Positions 27,689 through 38,132 are shown, counted from the stretch's first letter. The stretch: DNA of 57,791 nt from an uncultured Candidatus Saccharibacteria bacterium (GCA_964355655.1 CAYHDT010000005.1:1-57791), one strand, 5' to 3'. Notes: generated by a model not told the origin, from the letters alone. Numbers and translations: made by a program.

Positions 27689-28350
27689 TGCCGCGTCACG
27701 AAAATAGGAAGCGCTTATTTCTTTTTACCGCGCTTGGTTTGGAATTGTTTGTTATAGGGATTTTTGCGGTGAATATAACTGTCCATACATGGACCAGGCA
27801 GTACCGGTATGACGATGCTTCGCAAGCGCCCGCCGCGCAGGTGGTACTTATCCCCGGCGCGGCCATTCTTTTAAACGGCGGACTCTCGCCTATATTTAGG
27901 GACCGCGCGGATGCGGCTATCGGCTTGTATGAAGCGAAAAAAGTTTCAAAAATACTGGTTTCCGGCGACAACAGCACGCTCAGCCACAACGAGGTAAACC
28001 CGGTGCGCAACTACCTGCTGGGAAAAGGAGTCCCGGACCAGGATATTTTTCTCGACCATGCCGGGTTTGATACCTACAGCAGCATGTACCGGGCGCGCGA
28101 CATTTTCGGGGTTACCTCCGTACTCATTACTACACAGTCCTTCCACCTGCCGCGCGCGGTCTTTATTGCCCGCCGACTGGGGATAGAGGCCTATGGAGTC
28201 AATGCGGACAAGGGCACCATTCTTTTTAAAAATTATGTCCGTGAGGTGTTTGCCCAGGAGAAGGCCGTGCTCGACTTGATAGTGCAGAGGAAGCCGAAGT
28301 ATTTAGGAGAGCAAATCCCCATCACAGGAGACGGCAGGCTTTATCCGTAA
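27685..28350 (+). CDS. SanA/YdcF (DUF218) family membrane protein
   Basis: SGDN, EV..., DHAGFDTYSS, TQSFHLPRA, REVFA. Confidence 0.85.
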   Translation: MMPRHENRKRLFLFTALGLELFVIGIFAVNITVHTWTRQYRYDDASQAPAAQVVLIPGAAILLNGGLSPIFRDRADAAIGLYEAKKVSKILVSGDNSTLSHNEVNPVRNYLLGKGVPDQDIFLDHAGFDTYSSMYRARDIFGVTSVLITTQSFHLPRAVFIARRLGIEAYGVNADKGTILFKNYVREVFAQEKAVLDLIVQRKPKYLGEQIPITGDGRLYP

Positions 28351-28407
28351 AGTGTTATACTGGCCGGAATAGAAACAAATTTTGGAAATTGTAAAGAGTG
28401 TGCTAAG

Positions 28408-29868
28408 GTGTACGGAATGCAGCGCGGAGAGGTAATAGTACGGTTTGAGAAGGTCTCTTTTGATTTTGGCGTCAAAAAGCCCATTCTAAGCGAGGTGGAT
28501 TTTAGCATCCGCCGGGGCACTAAGGTTACCCTCATGGGCCAAAACGGGGCCGGCAAGTCGACTATCTTCGGCCTTATTACCCGCGCCTTTGAGCCGACCG
28601 ACGGCCTGATTCATCTTTCGCACGGGCTTACTATAGCGACTTCCCGACAAGTCATCCCCTCCGGGGAGATGAAGCTCACCGTGCGGGAGTTTTTTGAAAG
28701 CGTATTCCCTAAAAAAGTTTACGCTATCGACCCTAAGATAGAAAAGGTGTTAGAGGCGGTCAATCTGCACGCGCCTCTTGATAAAGCCATCGGAACGTTT
28801 TCCGGCGGCCAGCAGGCGCGGCTGTTGCTTGCGCAGGCGCTTATACAAAATCCGGACCTCCTTCTGCTTGATGAGCCGACCAACAACCTCGATAAAGCCG
28901 GCATCGAGCATTTGACGAAGTTTTTGCAGGGATATAAAAAGACAGTCATCGTCATCTCCCACGAAGCGGAGTTTCTCAATTCGTTTACGTACGGCGTGCT
29001 CTACCTGGATGTACACACTCACAAAGTCGAACAATACGTCGGCAATTACCTCGACGTGGTCAAAGACATCACCGCGCGGATAGAAAAAGAAAACCGCAAG
29101 AACGCTCTGTTGGCCAAAGAGATACAGGAGAACAAGGATAAATCAAACTTCTTCGCCAACAAGGGCGGACAGATGCGCATGGTTGCCAAGCGTATGCGGG
29201 AGAAAGCCGCCGAGCTCGAGGAAGAAATGGTGGATGTCCGCAAGGAGGACAAGACTATCAGGTCGTTCCGTATCCCCGCCGAGCAGACGCCTCCCGGCGA
29301 CCTCATTACCATTACTTCGTTTTTGACCGTCAAAAATCATAAGCCGGTCGAGCGCAAAGCAAAGCTTGCTCTGCGGAAAAATCAGCACCTCCTGCTTAAA
29401 GGTCCTAATGGTATAGGAAAATCCACGCTCCTGCAGGCTATTGCCTCAGGCAAAGCTAAGGGTGCCAAAGTCACTGAGGGCGTGACAGTTGGCTATTATC
29501 GGCAGGACTTCTCCAACTTAGATTTCAACAAGACGGTGTATGAGGAACTCTCTGCGGTAGTGGACCGCCCGATAGAGGAAGATATCCGCAAAGTGGCGGC
29601 GGGCTTTTTAATTTCCGGCGAAATATTCCACTCGCGTATAGGCTCGCTCTCCGAAGGGCAGAAGGGGCTGGTAGCCTTTGCCCGGCTGGTGCTGCTGCGC
29701 CCAGGGCTGCTTATACTTGATGAGCCGACCAACCATATAAACTTCCGCCATTTGCCGGTCATCTCCGAGGCGCTCGACGCGTACGAGGGCGCGATGATAC
29801 TGGTCTCGCACGTGCCGGACTTTGTAAAGAAAATACGCATTGACGAAGTGCTTGATTTGGAGAAATAA
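28408..29868 (+). CDS. ABC-F family ATPase
   Basis: Two ABC domains (GQNGAGKST/FSGGQ/LDEPTN and GPNGIGKST/LSEGQ/LDEPTN), no TM segments. Confidence 0.92.
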   Translation: MYGMQRGEVIVRFEKVSFDFGVKKPILSEVDFSIRRGTKVTLMGQNGAGKSTIFGLITRAFEPTDGLIHLSHGLTIATSRQVIPSGEMKLTVREFFESVFPKKVYAIDPKIEKVLEAVNLHAPLDKAIGTFSGGQQARLLLAQALIQNPDLLLLDEPTNNLDKAGIEHLTKFLQGYKKTVIVISHEAEFLNSFTYGVLYLDVHTHKVEQYVGNYLDVVKDITARIEKENRKNALLAKEIQENKDKSNFFANKGGQMRMVAKRMREKAAELEEEMVDVRKEDKTIRSFRIPAEQTPPGDLITITSFLTVKNHKPVERKAKLALRKNQHLLLKGPNGIGKSTLLQAIASGKAKGAKVTEGVTVGYYRQDFSNLDFNKTVYEELSAVVDRPIEEDIRKVAAGFLISGEIFHSRIGSLSEGQKGLVAFARLVLLRPGLLILDEPTNHINFRHLPVISEALDAYEGAMILVSHVPDFVKKIRIDEVLDLEK

Positions 29869-29872
29869 AACT

Positions 29873-30658
29873 ATGAAGCCGGCGCCGAAAAAGAAATTTA
29901 AAAAAGCGGAGCGCGATACCTCGTGGGGAAAGGTGGCCGGCTGGTACACTGACCACTTGCAAAAGGAGGATACCTACCAGAATAAAGTTATTTTGCCGAA
30001 CCTCCTGCGCATGGCCAAAGTCGCGAAGGGCGAGCGCGTGCTCGACCTCGGCTGCGGCGAAGGATTTTTTGCCCGCGAACTGGCAAAAGCCGGCGCCAAA
30101 GTGACCGGCACTGATATCGCCAAAGAGCTGATAGCGCAGGCGCGCGCCAAAGGCAACGCGGAGTATTTTGTCTCTCCGGCCAATAAACTCACCTTTGCTA
30201 AGGACAGCGGGTTTGACGCGGCGCTATGCGTGCTAGCACTGCAAAATATAGAAGACCTTGCGGGCGCGCTTAAAGAGGTGCGCCGCGTATTGGCCAAGGG
30301 CGGGCGTTTTATTTTTATCGTCAACCATCCGGCCTTCCGCGTGCTTAAACGCTCGAGCTGGGGCTGGGACGAAACTGCTCAGAAACAATACCGTCGTGTC
30401 GACGGCTATCTTTCTGCGGCGAAGATTTTTATAGACATGCACCCGGGAGCGCCTAAAGCGACCCGTACTATTTCTTACCACCGGTCGTTGCAGGACTTTT
30501 TTAAAGCGCTCAGTGGTGCGGGATTTGCCGTATCTAAGTTGGAAGAGTGGGTGTCCCACAAAGAGAGCGGGGAGGGGCCGCGTCAGGCGGCGGAAGACGC
30601 CGCGCGCAAAGAGATCCCGCTTTTTATGGCGATAGAGGCGCGCGTTTTAGAGAAATAA
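29873..30658 (+). CDS. class I SAM-dependent methyltransferase
   Basis: VLDLGCGEG motif I. Confidence 0.88.
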   Translation: MKPAPKKKFKKAERDTSWGKVAGWYTDHLQKEDTYQNKVILPNLLRMAKVAKGERVLDLGCGEGFFARELAKAGAKVTGTDIAKELIAQARAKGNAEYFVSPANKLTFAKDSGFDAALCVLALQNIEDLAGALKEVRRVLAKGGRFIFIVNHPAFRVLKRSSWGWDETAQKQYRRVDGYLSAAKIFIDMHPGAPKATRTISYHRSLQDFFKALSGAGFAVSKLEEWVSHKESGEGPRQAAEDAARKEIPLFMAIEARVLEK

Positions 30659-30661
30659 TTT

Positions 30662-31927
30662 ATGGAGACCCCGTATGACGTACTGGTGGTCGGCGGCGGC
30701 GCTTCGGGGCTTATGGCGGCGGGCCGCGCCGCCGAAAGAGGGCAGCGTGTCCTTTTGCTGGAAAAAAATAAAAAGCTCGGCGAGAAGCTCGGCATCTCGG
30801 GCGGCGGCCGCTGTAATATAACCAACGCCGAGGAGGATGTACGCGTCTTTGCCTCCAAGTACGGGCGCGCCGAGCAGTTTTTATACTCGATCTTCGCGCA
30901 GTTCGGAGTTAAAGATACGTTCAGTTTTTTTGAGTCGCGCGGGCTCCCGCTCGTGGTGCAGGCCCGCAAACGCGCGTTCCCCGCGAGCGAAAAAGCGGCG
31001 GATGTTTTAAAAGTGCTGGAGAACTACGTGCGAGAGGGGGGCGTTGCCGTGCGCACCGGCTCGCCGGTCACCAAAATTGTTTCTGATAAAACAGGCATCA
31101 GTGCTGTGTACTGCGGCAAAACCGAATACCGCGCCAAGTCTTATATCCTTGCGACCGGCAGCGTGTCGCATCCGGAGACCGGCTCCACCGGCGACGGCTT
31201 TGCCTGGCTGGAAGAGCTCGGACACACGGTCGCCGCGCCGACGCCGACCATTGTGCCGCTAAAAGTCGCCGACCAGTGGTCCAAAATATTGTCCGGCACA
31301 TCGTTGTCATTTATGAAAATTACGTTTTTTGTGGACACTTCGACTACGCTCAGTGCAGGCAGAAAGAAAGCTTTTTCTAAGACCGGCAAAGTATTGTTTA
31401 CGCATTTCGGCCTCTCGGGGCCGCTTATATTAAACAGCGCTTCCGCGGTGGCCGACCTGCTGCATGAAGGCGCGATAACCGCGACTATAGACGCGTATCC
31501 GCACACCGACCTGGGGTCATTGGAAAAAACAATATTAAGCGTGTTTGATAAAAACAAAAATAAGACGCTTAAAAATATTATTAAAGAGGTCGTGCCCGAC
31601 GGCACCCACAAGGGCGTATTGTTGTTGCTCCAGACGCAGATGGATATCACTAAAAAAGTGCATTCGGTAAGCAAAGAGGAGCGCAAGGCGCTCGCGCGCC
31701 TGCTTAAAGCTCTACCGCTTACGATTGAGGGCTTGATGGGCTTTGACCGCGCGGTCGTCGCCGACGGCGGCGTGCCGCTTAATGAAATAGACACTAAAAC
31801 TCTGCGTTCAAAAAAAGTTCCCAATTTGTTTATTACCGGCGACCTGTTGCACATAAACCGTCCGTCCGGCGGCTACAGCCTCCAGTTGTGCTGGACAACG
31901 GGCTATGTCGCGGGCAATACTGCATAA
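30662..31927 (+). CDS. HI0933/YhiN-family flavoprotein
   Basis: VVGGGASG, ISGGGRCNITN, LATGSVSHP.TGSTGDG, GGYSLQ. Confidence 0.92.
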   Translation: METPYDVLVVGGGASGLMAAGRAAERGQRVLLLEKNKKLGEKLGISGGGRCNITNAEEDVRVFASKYGRAEQFLYSIFAQFGVKDTFSFFESRGLPLVVQARKRAFPASEKAADVLKVLENYVREGGVAVRTGSPVTKIVSDKTGISAVYCGKTEYRAKSYILATGSVSHPETGSTGDGFAWLEELGHTVAAPTPTIVPLKVADQWSKILSGTSLSFMKITFFVDTSTTLSAGRKKAFSKTGKVLFTHFGLSGPLILNSASAVADLLHEGAITATIDAYPHTDLGSLEKTILSVFDKNKNKTLKNIIKEVVPDGTHKGVLLLLQTQMDITKKVHSVSKEERKALARLLKALPLTIEGLMGFDRAVVADGGVPLNEIDTKTLRSKKVPNLFITGDLLHINRPSGGYSLQLCWTTGYVAGNTA

Positions 31928-31931
31928 TTAT

Positions 31932-32669
31932 ATGAAACAGAACAAAATCTTCGCTTACGGACGGCACGCGGTGCGCGACGCGCTGCTGTATGCGCCTCGC
32001 TCGCTTACCAAGGTGTATATGGACGCCAAGATGGTCGACACCAAACTGCGCCGCCAGATAGAAGAAGCGGGCGTGTCGGTGGCCAAACTCTCCGAAGGCA
32101 TGGCGCGCTCCGATATGAAGAGCGGCACCGCGCACCAAGGCGTTATCGGCTCCATCTCCATTCCGCAGCTGATGGTCCCGTATCAAAAGTTTTTGGACCA
32201 ACTTGAAGCCACGCCGCGCGCCATGCTGGTACTGCTCAATGGCGTGCAGGACCCGCATAATGTGGGCGCGATTATTCGCACGGCGGCGGGCTTTGGCGCG
32301 ACCGCTGTTTTGATGCCTGACAAAGGACAGGCACCGGTAACCGGCTCAGTCATTAAAGTGTCGGCGGGGATGGCCTTCCGCCTGCCGCTCGTGAGTATCG
32401 GGAGTGTTAAGCAAACAGTGTTCGATTTGAAGAAAAAAGGGTTTAAGGTTTACTCACTCGCGGGCGAGGGAGCGCAAAGCATCGGTACCGAAGGCTTCGG
32501 CGGCCCGTCTGTTTTTATACTGGGCAACGAGGGGAGCGGGATACCGGAGGATATCCGCAAAATATCGGATACCGTGCTCTCTATCCCTATGGACCCCAAG
32601 TGCGAGTCGCTCAACGTAGCGGCCGCGGCCGCCGTGGCCCTGTATGCCTGGGCCGCCAAGAGGGCTTGA
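31932..32669 (+). CDS. RlmB/TrmH-family (SPOUT) RNA methyltransferase
   Basis: YGRHAV, HQG, QDPHNVGAIIRTA, LGNEGSG, SLNVAAA. Confidence 0.92.
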   Translation: MKQNKIFAYGRHAVRDALLYAPRSLTKVYMDAKMVDTKLRRQIEEAGVSVAKLSEGMARSDMKSGTAHQGVIGSISIPQLMVPYQKFLDQLEATPRAMLVLLNGVQDPHNVGAIIRTAAGFGATAVLMPDKGQAPVTGSVIKVSAGMAFRLPLVSIGSVKQTVFDLKKKGFKVYSLAGEGAQSIGTEGFGGPSVFILGNEGSGIPEDIRKISDTVLSIPMDPKCESLNVAAAAAVALYAWAAKRA

Positions 32670-32758
32670 CTTTAAAATAGGCCTGTGATACCTTTAAAGG
32701 GTCTAAAAGACTAGGAAACGAAGGTCGGGGTTTCTCAACAGAAAAACAAACAACAAAG

Positions 32759-32956
32759 ATGCAAGGAACAATTAAGACTTTGACGGACCGTGGGTTCGGA
32801 TTCATCTCTCGCGAAGGCGAGACGAAGGATCTGTTCTTCCACTCTAAGGACCTCAATGGCGTAACTTTCGAAGAGCTCAAGGTAGGCGATGTGCTTACGT
32901 TCGAGGTTTCGGAAGGCCAGAAGGGACCTGCCGCCGTCAACGTATCTCGCGCCTAA
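32759..32956 (+). CDS. cold-shock protein
   Basis: RGFGFI, LFFH; ~55-nt leader after TTGACT-17-TACCTT; terminator at ~32968-33000. Confidence 0.95.
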   Translation: MQGTIKTLTDRGFGFISREGETKDLFFHSKDLNGVTFEELKVGDVLTFEVSEGQKGPAAVNVSRA

Positions 32957-33024
32957 GCGCGTAGAACAAAAAGCCGCCCCAGCAATGGGGCGGCTTTTTG
33001 TTTTTACATGGTAAAATTCAGGAA

Positions 33025-34734
33025 ATGAGTTTGGCGGATGATTTGCGCAACATAGTACGAGGGGAAGTTGATGATACGCCCGCGACACTGGAACAGAATT
33101 CGCGGGACGCGAGCCTTTTTAAGGTCGCGCCAAAAGTGGTAGTGCGCCCGAAGGATGCGCAGGATATCTGTGCGGTAGTCAAATTTGTCAGCGAAAAGAC
33201 GTGTCAAAGCGAAGATCTTTCCGCCGGATTGCCACACGGCAGCAAATGCGGCTACTCGATAACCGCGCGCGCGGCCGGTACCGACATGTCTGGCGGACCC
33301 CTTAACGACTCCATTATTTTAGATATGGTCGCGCATCTTAACTCGTTGGTCGAGATGGGAGAGGAAGAGGCGATAGTCGAACCGGGGATGTATTTTAGGG
33401 ACTTTGACAAGGAGACGAAGAAAAAAAATCTTGAGCTCCCCAGTTACACCGCCTCCCGCGAGCTCAATACGGTCGGCGGCATGGTTGGCAATAACTCCGG
33501 CGGGGAAAAGAATCTTAAATACGGCAAAACAGCGCGCTATGTGGAAGGGCTTGAGGTGGTGCTCGCCGACGGCAACGTTCATACACTGAAGAACATGGAA
33601 GGAAATGAGTTAAAACAAAAACTCGCCGAGCAATCGTATGAGGGAGATATCTATCGCCGTGTTGCTTCTTTGATTTCGTTGCCAACGCACGCGGCAATTA
33701 TAAAGGCCGCTACGCCGAAGGTTGAAAAGAATTCTTCCGGCTACGCTCTGTGGGATATCGGCGACGGTAAACAGTCGCTCAACCTCGCGCGCCTTATGGT
33801 CGGCGCGCAAGGAACGCTCGGTATTACGACAAAAATCCATTTCAAGCTTGTGCATCCTAAGCCGTATGCCGCGATGACGGTCTTGTTTGTAAAAAAACTT
33901 TCACAACTCGGCGAGCTGGTGCCCGAGGTGCTTAAATATAAGCCCGACAGTTTTGAGTCATACGACGACCATACTTTCTCTATTGCGATGAAATATCTTC
34001 CCGAATTGGCGACTCAAATGAAGGCGGGCATGCTCAGCCTTGGAATATCGTTTTTGCCTGAGTTGTGGATGGCGCTCACGGGCGGCATACCAAAACTTAT
34101 TCTTTTAGTGGAGTTTAGGGGAGACACGCAAGCGGAGGCGCTTGACCAAGCCAAAAAACTCGCCGCGGAAGTAGGGCACAATCGGTCGCACGTCAGCGTG
34201 CGTATCGCCAAAACCGAAGCCGCCGCCCGCAAATATTGGGCGGTGCGGCGGGAAAGTTTTAACCTCCTGCGCAAAAAAATCCGAGGCAAGCGTACGGCGC
34301 CGTTTATAGATGACTTTGTGGTCCCGCCTCTGACGCTGCCGGAGTTTTTGCCGAAACTCGAGGCGATACTTTCAACCTATGATTTAGTTTACACAGTGGC
34401 GGGCCATGTGGGGGATGGGAACTTCCATATTATCCCGCTGGTCGACCCGACCGACCCTACCGTAGCCAAAACGATAGATGCCCTGAGCCACAAAGTCTAC
34501 GACCTGGTTATTTCTTACAGCGGTTCAATTACCGGCGAGCATAACGACGGCATTATCCGCACGCCCTATGTGGAAAAAATGTTCGGCCCGGCGATGTACG
34601 CGCTCTTTATGGAGGTAAAAAAAATTTTTGATCCGCAAAACATCTTTAACCCGGGCAAAAAAGTCGGCTCTACGTTTGCCGATGCGCTCGGCAAGCTTGA
34701 CCTGTCTGACGGTAAAAAAGCGGGTGTACAATAA
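33025..34734 (+). CDS. FAD-binding oxidoreductase (GlcD/D-lactate dehydrogenase-like)
   Basis: ARAAGT...GG, TVGGMVGNN, GAQGTLG, AGHVGDGNFH, GEHNDG, IFNPGK. Confidence 0.88.
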   Translation: MSLADDLRNIVRGEVDDTPATLEQNSRDASLFKVAPKVVVRPKDAQDICAVVKFVSEKTCQSEDLSAGLPHGSKCGYSITARAAGTDMSGGPLNDSIILDMVAHLNSLVEMGEEEAIVEPGMYFRDFDKETKKKNLELPSYTASRELNTVGGMVGNNSGGEKNLKYGKTARYVEGLEVVLADGNVHTLKNMEGNELKQKLAEQSYEGDIYRRVASLISLPTHAAIIKAATPKVEKNSSGYALWDIGDGKQSLNLARLMVGAQGTLGITTKIHFKLVHPKPYAAMTVLFVKKLSQLGELVPEVLKYKPDSFESYDDHTFSIAMKYLPELATQMKAGMLSLGISFLPELWMALTGGIPKLILLVEFRGDTQAEALDQAKKLAAEVGHNRSHVSVRIAKTEAAARKYWAVRRESFNLLRKKIRGKRTAPFIDDFVVPPLTLPEFLPKLEAILSTYDLVYTVAGHVGDGNFHIIPLVDPTDPTVAKTIDALSHKVYDLVISYSGSITGEHNDGIIRTPYVEKMFGPAMYALFMEVKKIFDPQNIFNPGKKVGSTFADALGKLDLSDGKKAGVQ

Positions 34735-34740
34735 CACCGT

Positions 34741-35793
34741 ATGCCGCAAAGGATGCGCGACGGATTTACTCTCATAGAGCTGCTCCTTGTGATAGCTATT
34801 ATCGCTATCTTAGCGGCAGTCGTGCTTGCCGGTGTGGCCTCCAGCCGCCCCAAAGCGCGAGACACTAAGCGCCTTGTCGACCTAAAAAGCATAGCCAGCG
34901 CTTTGGAGTTTTACAACATCGACAAAGGACATTATCCGGTTGCGGCAGCATGGGTAACCGGTTGCGACAAAGCAGGCGCAAATTGGATACCCGACGGCTT
35001 GGACTACGCGTGGAGCGCCAAATATATCCAGATAATGCCGCGTGACCCGTCCGAGGACTGCGGCGGTTCTGACCAGCGTTCGTATCAATATCAAAGCGAC
35101 GGGGTTACCTATAAAATAACCACCACGCTTGAAAGTTCGTCGCCCCCGATAGCATCGGGAGAGACCCTCGCTTTCAACGGGTCCTTTTTGCAACCGTTTG
35201 TAGACACTACGCCGCTGACGGTCACTTTTTCTACACCGGTATCCAACCCGACCAATCAGTCGCCGATACCCATTGTGGTCACGTTCTCCCGGGCGGTAGT
35301 GGACTTTGCCCAAAGCAGCTTGTCGATCGTACGCGGCACCGTAAGCAGCTTCTCATCCGTGTTGGCATCAGTCTTCAATCTCTTTGTGACGCCTACCGAT
35401 AATGATGTCGTTATGCTGAGCGTGCTCGGAGGAGTGGTTCACGACCGAAGCGGCATCGGCAATTCCGCGGCGCAGTTTACAATCACTTACGACTCGCTTT
35501 CGCCGCACATCGCGTTGTCTCCCGACCCCTTGCCGGCCGCGGTGTCCGGACCGTTTTCGGTTACGGCAAATTTTACCATCGGAGTAGTTGACTTTGCGGC
35601 AAATAAAATTTCAGTCACAAACGGCAGTGTAACCGGTTTCAACAAACAAAATAACTCCAACTACACATTTACGGTAACCCCTGCCGCCAACGGGACGGTG
35701 ACGGTTTCTGTCCCCGGAGGCGTTACCACGAGCGCCGCCGGCAACACAAACATCTCCTCGAACTCAATCAGTACCACCTATACGGGACAGTAG
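34741..35793 (+). CDS. type IV pilin-like protein with two C-terminal Ig-like domains
   Basis: G/FTLIELL; ARDTKRLVDL; two repeats of V-V-FS...DF...I.V..G.V..F...F.VTP..G. Confidence 0.82.
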   Translation: MPQRMRDGFTLIELLLVIAIIAILAAVVLAGVASSRPKARDTKRLVDLKSIASALEFYNIDKGHYPVAAAWVTGCDKAGANWIPDGLDYAWSAKYIQIMPRDPSEDCGGSDQRSYQYQSDGVTYKITTTLESSSPPIASGETLAFNGSFLQPFVDTTPLTVTFSTPVSNPTNQSPIPIVVTFSRAVVDFAQSSLSIVRGTVSSFSSVLASVFNLFVTPTDNDVVMLSVLGGVVHDRSGIGNSAAQFTITYDSLSPHIALSPDPLPAAVSGPFSVTANFTIGVVDFAANKISVTNGSVTGFNKQNNSNYTFTVTPAANGTVTVSVPGGVTTSAAGNTNISSNSISTTYTGQ

Positions 35794-35797
35794 CGAT

Positions 35798-36436
35798 ATG
35801 AAAATAACTAAACTCGGACATTGCGCGATGGTGTTGGAGATTGACGGGGTGAGGCTCTTGACCGACCCGGGGAATTTTACCGCGGAGCGCAATGTGCAAA
35901 ACAGGATAAATGCGGTGCTCATAACGCACGAACACCAGGACCATTTGCATATAGAGTCACTGAAGAAGGTGTTAGAGAGCAACCCCGGCATGGTGATAGT
36001 TGCCAACAGCGCGGTCGGCTTAATTTTAGAAAAAGAGGGAATTCCGTACACCAAAGTCGGCGACGGGCAGTCGACCGACATCAACGGAGTAGCTATAGAG
36101 GGTTTCGGCAAAAACCACGCGCTAGTGTATCCGCCTGACGCGGGGCTGGTGGAAAACACGGGCTATTTTGTGGGCGGCAAGTTTTACTTCCCCGGCGACA
36201 ACTTCCACAACCCGGATAAGCAGGTTGATGTGCTGGCTCTACCGGTTGCCGGTCCGTGGATGAAACTGGCGGACGCGGTGGACTTTGCAAAAATAATTAA
36301 AGCCCGCACGGCCTTTGGTGTGCACGATGGGATGATACAGCCCTTCTTTCGTGGATTTGTGGGCAACCTACTTAAGACGTTTGTCCCCGAGACGGAGTAC
36401 GTAAGCCTGCAGGACGGCGAAACAAAGGAGTTTTAA
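35798..36436 (+). CDS. metallo-beta-lactamase-fold hydrolase
   Basis: GHC, ITHEHQDH, PGD, GVHD. Confidence 0.88.
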   Translation: MKITKLGHCAMVLEIDGVRLLTDPGNFTAERNVQNRINAVLITHEHQDHLHIESLKKVLESNPGMVIVANSAVGLILEKEGIPYTKVGDGQSTDINGVAIEGFGKNHALVYPPDAGLVENTGYFVGGKFYFPGDNFHNPDKQVDVLALPVAGPWMKLADAVDFAKIIKARTAFGVHDGMIQPFFRGFVGNLLKTFVPETEYVSLQDGETKEF

Positions 36437-36503
36437 CACAATATAAAGGACCGGCCTTTATATTTGTGTACCTTGTGTAAGGCCAAAAGCGTATAGTGGT
36501 GGG

Positions 36504-37706
36504 ATGGAACCTTTGGCAAACAAAATACGCCCAAAGTCGCTCGATGAGTTTGTCGGGCAGGAGCACTTGGTCGGCAAGGGGAAACCCCTGAGAGAAGCGA
36601 TTGAGGGCAAGCACCTCTTCAGTTTTATTTTATGGGGGCCGCCGGGGAGCGGTAAGACGACGTTGGCGCGCCTGTATGCCAATGCGCTTAATGCCGAGTT
36701 CCACGAGCTGTCGGCGGTCGACTCCGGCAAGGAGGATATTAAGCGGATACTTGATAAAAAAGGACAAATAAAATTCGATACAAGGCCGAAAGTTTTGTTT
36801 ATCGACGAAATACACCGGTTTAACAAAGCCCAGCAGGATTTTTTGCTGCCATTCGTCGAGCGCGGCGACCTCACGCTCATCGGAGCCACGACGGAGAACC
36901 CGAGCTTCGAGGTCATCGGTGCGCTTTTGTCCAGGACACAAGTGTTTGTGCTGGGTGAGCTTACCGAAAAAGAGATGGAAAAAATAATCGAAAGAGCATA
37001 TGACACATTGAACAAAAATGCGCGCCCCGTTAGAGATAAGTCCGCTAAGCGGACTGCCGACCGTAGTCGGATCTCTAACGGGGCGCGCGAGTGGCTTATC
37101 CAAGCGGCGCAGGGTGATGCGCGGCAGGCTATCGGAGTGTTAGAGAGCGCGCAGAAGCTGTACGGCGCGATAACCCTCGAATCGCTGAAGGAGACTATCC
37201 AAAGCAAGCACCTGCGCTACGATAAAAAAGGCGAGGAGCATTACAACACCATTTCGGCCTTTATAAAATCTATGCGAGCCTCCCAGCCCGACGCGGCGCT
37301 CTACTACCTGGCGCGCATGGTTGAGAGCGGGGAAGACCCTCTTTTTATCGCCCGACGCATGGTCGTGTTTGCCAGCGAGGATATCGGGCTTGCGGTGCCG
37401 ACCGCATTGGTGGTGGCTAACGCGGTCTTTCGCGCGTGCGAAACCATCGGCTACCCGGAATGCGCAATTAATCTCGCGCATGGCGTTGCCTATTTGAGCG
37501 AATGCAAAAAGAGCCGCTCTTCGTATGATGCGTACCTTGAGGCGTTGGATGACGTTAAAACACTAGGTGCCTTGCCTATCCCGATGCGCGTGCGTAATGC
37601 TCCGACGAAGCTGATGAAAAACTTGGGCTATCACAAAGGCTACAAATTTTACGATAAGGAGTCCTATCTGCCGGACAAGCTGAAAGGAAAAAAGTATCTG
37701 AAATAA
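36504..37706 (+). CDS. rarA: replication-associated recombination protein A (RarA/MgsA)
   Basis: GPPGSGKTT, IDEIHRF, ATTENP, ISAFIKSMR, SEDIG, PKS-like KKS. Confidence 0.95.
   Translation: MEPLANKIRPKSLDEFVGQEHLVGKGKPLREAIEGKHLFSFILWGPPGSGKTTLARLYANALNAEFHELSAVDSGKEDIKRILDKKGQIKFDTRPKVLFIDEIHRFNKAQQDFLLPFVERGDLTLIGATTENPSFEVIGALLSRTQVFVLGELTEKEMEKIIERAYDTLNKNARPVRDKSAKRTADRSRISNGAREWLIQAAQGDARQAIGVLESAQKLYGAITLESLKETIQSKHLRYDKKGEEHYNTISAFIKSMRASQPDAALYYLARMVESGEDPLFIARRMVVFASEDIGLAVPTALVVANAVFRACETIGYPECAINLAHGVAYLSECKKSRSSYDAYLEALDDVKTLGALPIPMRVRNAPTKLMKNLGYHKGYKFYDKESYLPDKLKGKKYLK
37025..37083. mobile_element. MITE-like in-frame insert in rarA
   Basis: 13-bp terminal inverted repeat CCCCGTTAGAGAT; CGCG on both sides; net 63 bp. 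Confidence 0.75.
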
Positions 37707-37745
37707 AAAACTCCGCGCGGGGCGGAGTTGCAGAGTCGTCGGCTT

Positions 37746-38132
37746 CTAGATAAACCGGCTGGAGAGCCAGTCGTGTGCCATATGCGCCACCAAACCGATG
37801 GGGAAAAAAACAATCGAGCCTAGAAAGGCCACAATCATGCTCTCAGAAAATCCGGCGTTTTGAGCGAGCCCGAAGATGAAGATGAGTGCCCCTGCAACTA
37901 TGGCTGCCACGAGTCCTGTCCGGAGCTGTTCTCTGAATCCTTCGTCCCATGAAAACATCCATCCACGGATTAACATGGCTATCAGAGACACTACTGACCC
38001 GAAGACAAATATTTCGAGGTAGACGGAAGCGGGGGATAGTGTCCGGATGAGAATATTTATTATGACCAGAAACAAATCAAGCAAAAACCCGCCGGCAAAA
38101 GCGGCAAGCAGCGTAACACCGAATCGGCGCAT
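37746..38132 (-). CDS. hypothetical multi-TM membrane protein
   Basis: AAGGAGG SD before ATG 38132; four hydrophobic segments. Confidence 0.72.
   Translation of the reverse strand: MRRFGVTLLAAFAGGFLLDLFLVIINILIRTLSPASVYLEIFVFGSVVSLIAMLIRGWMFSWDEGFREQLRTGLVAAIVAGALIFIFGLAQNAGFSESMIVAFLGSIVFFPIGLVAHMAHDWLSSRFI

Noticed and set aside
33200-33240. Possible palindromic insert in the FAD oxidoreductase; similar weak hairpins in relA (~8861-8896) and uvrA (~52596)
   Set aside because: Pairing is too short or degenerate to support without orthologue alignments
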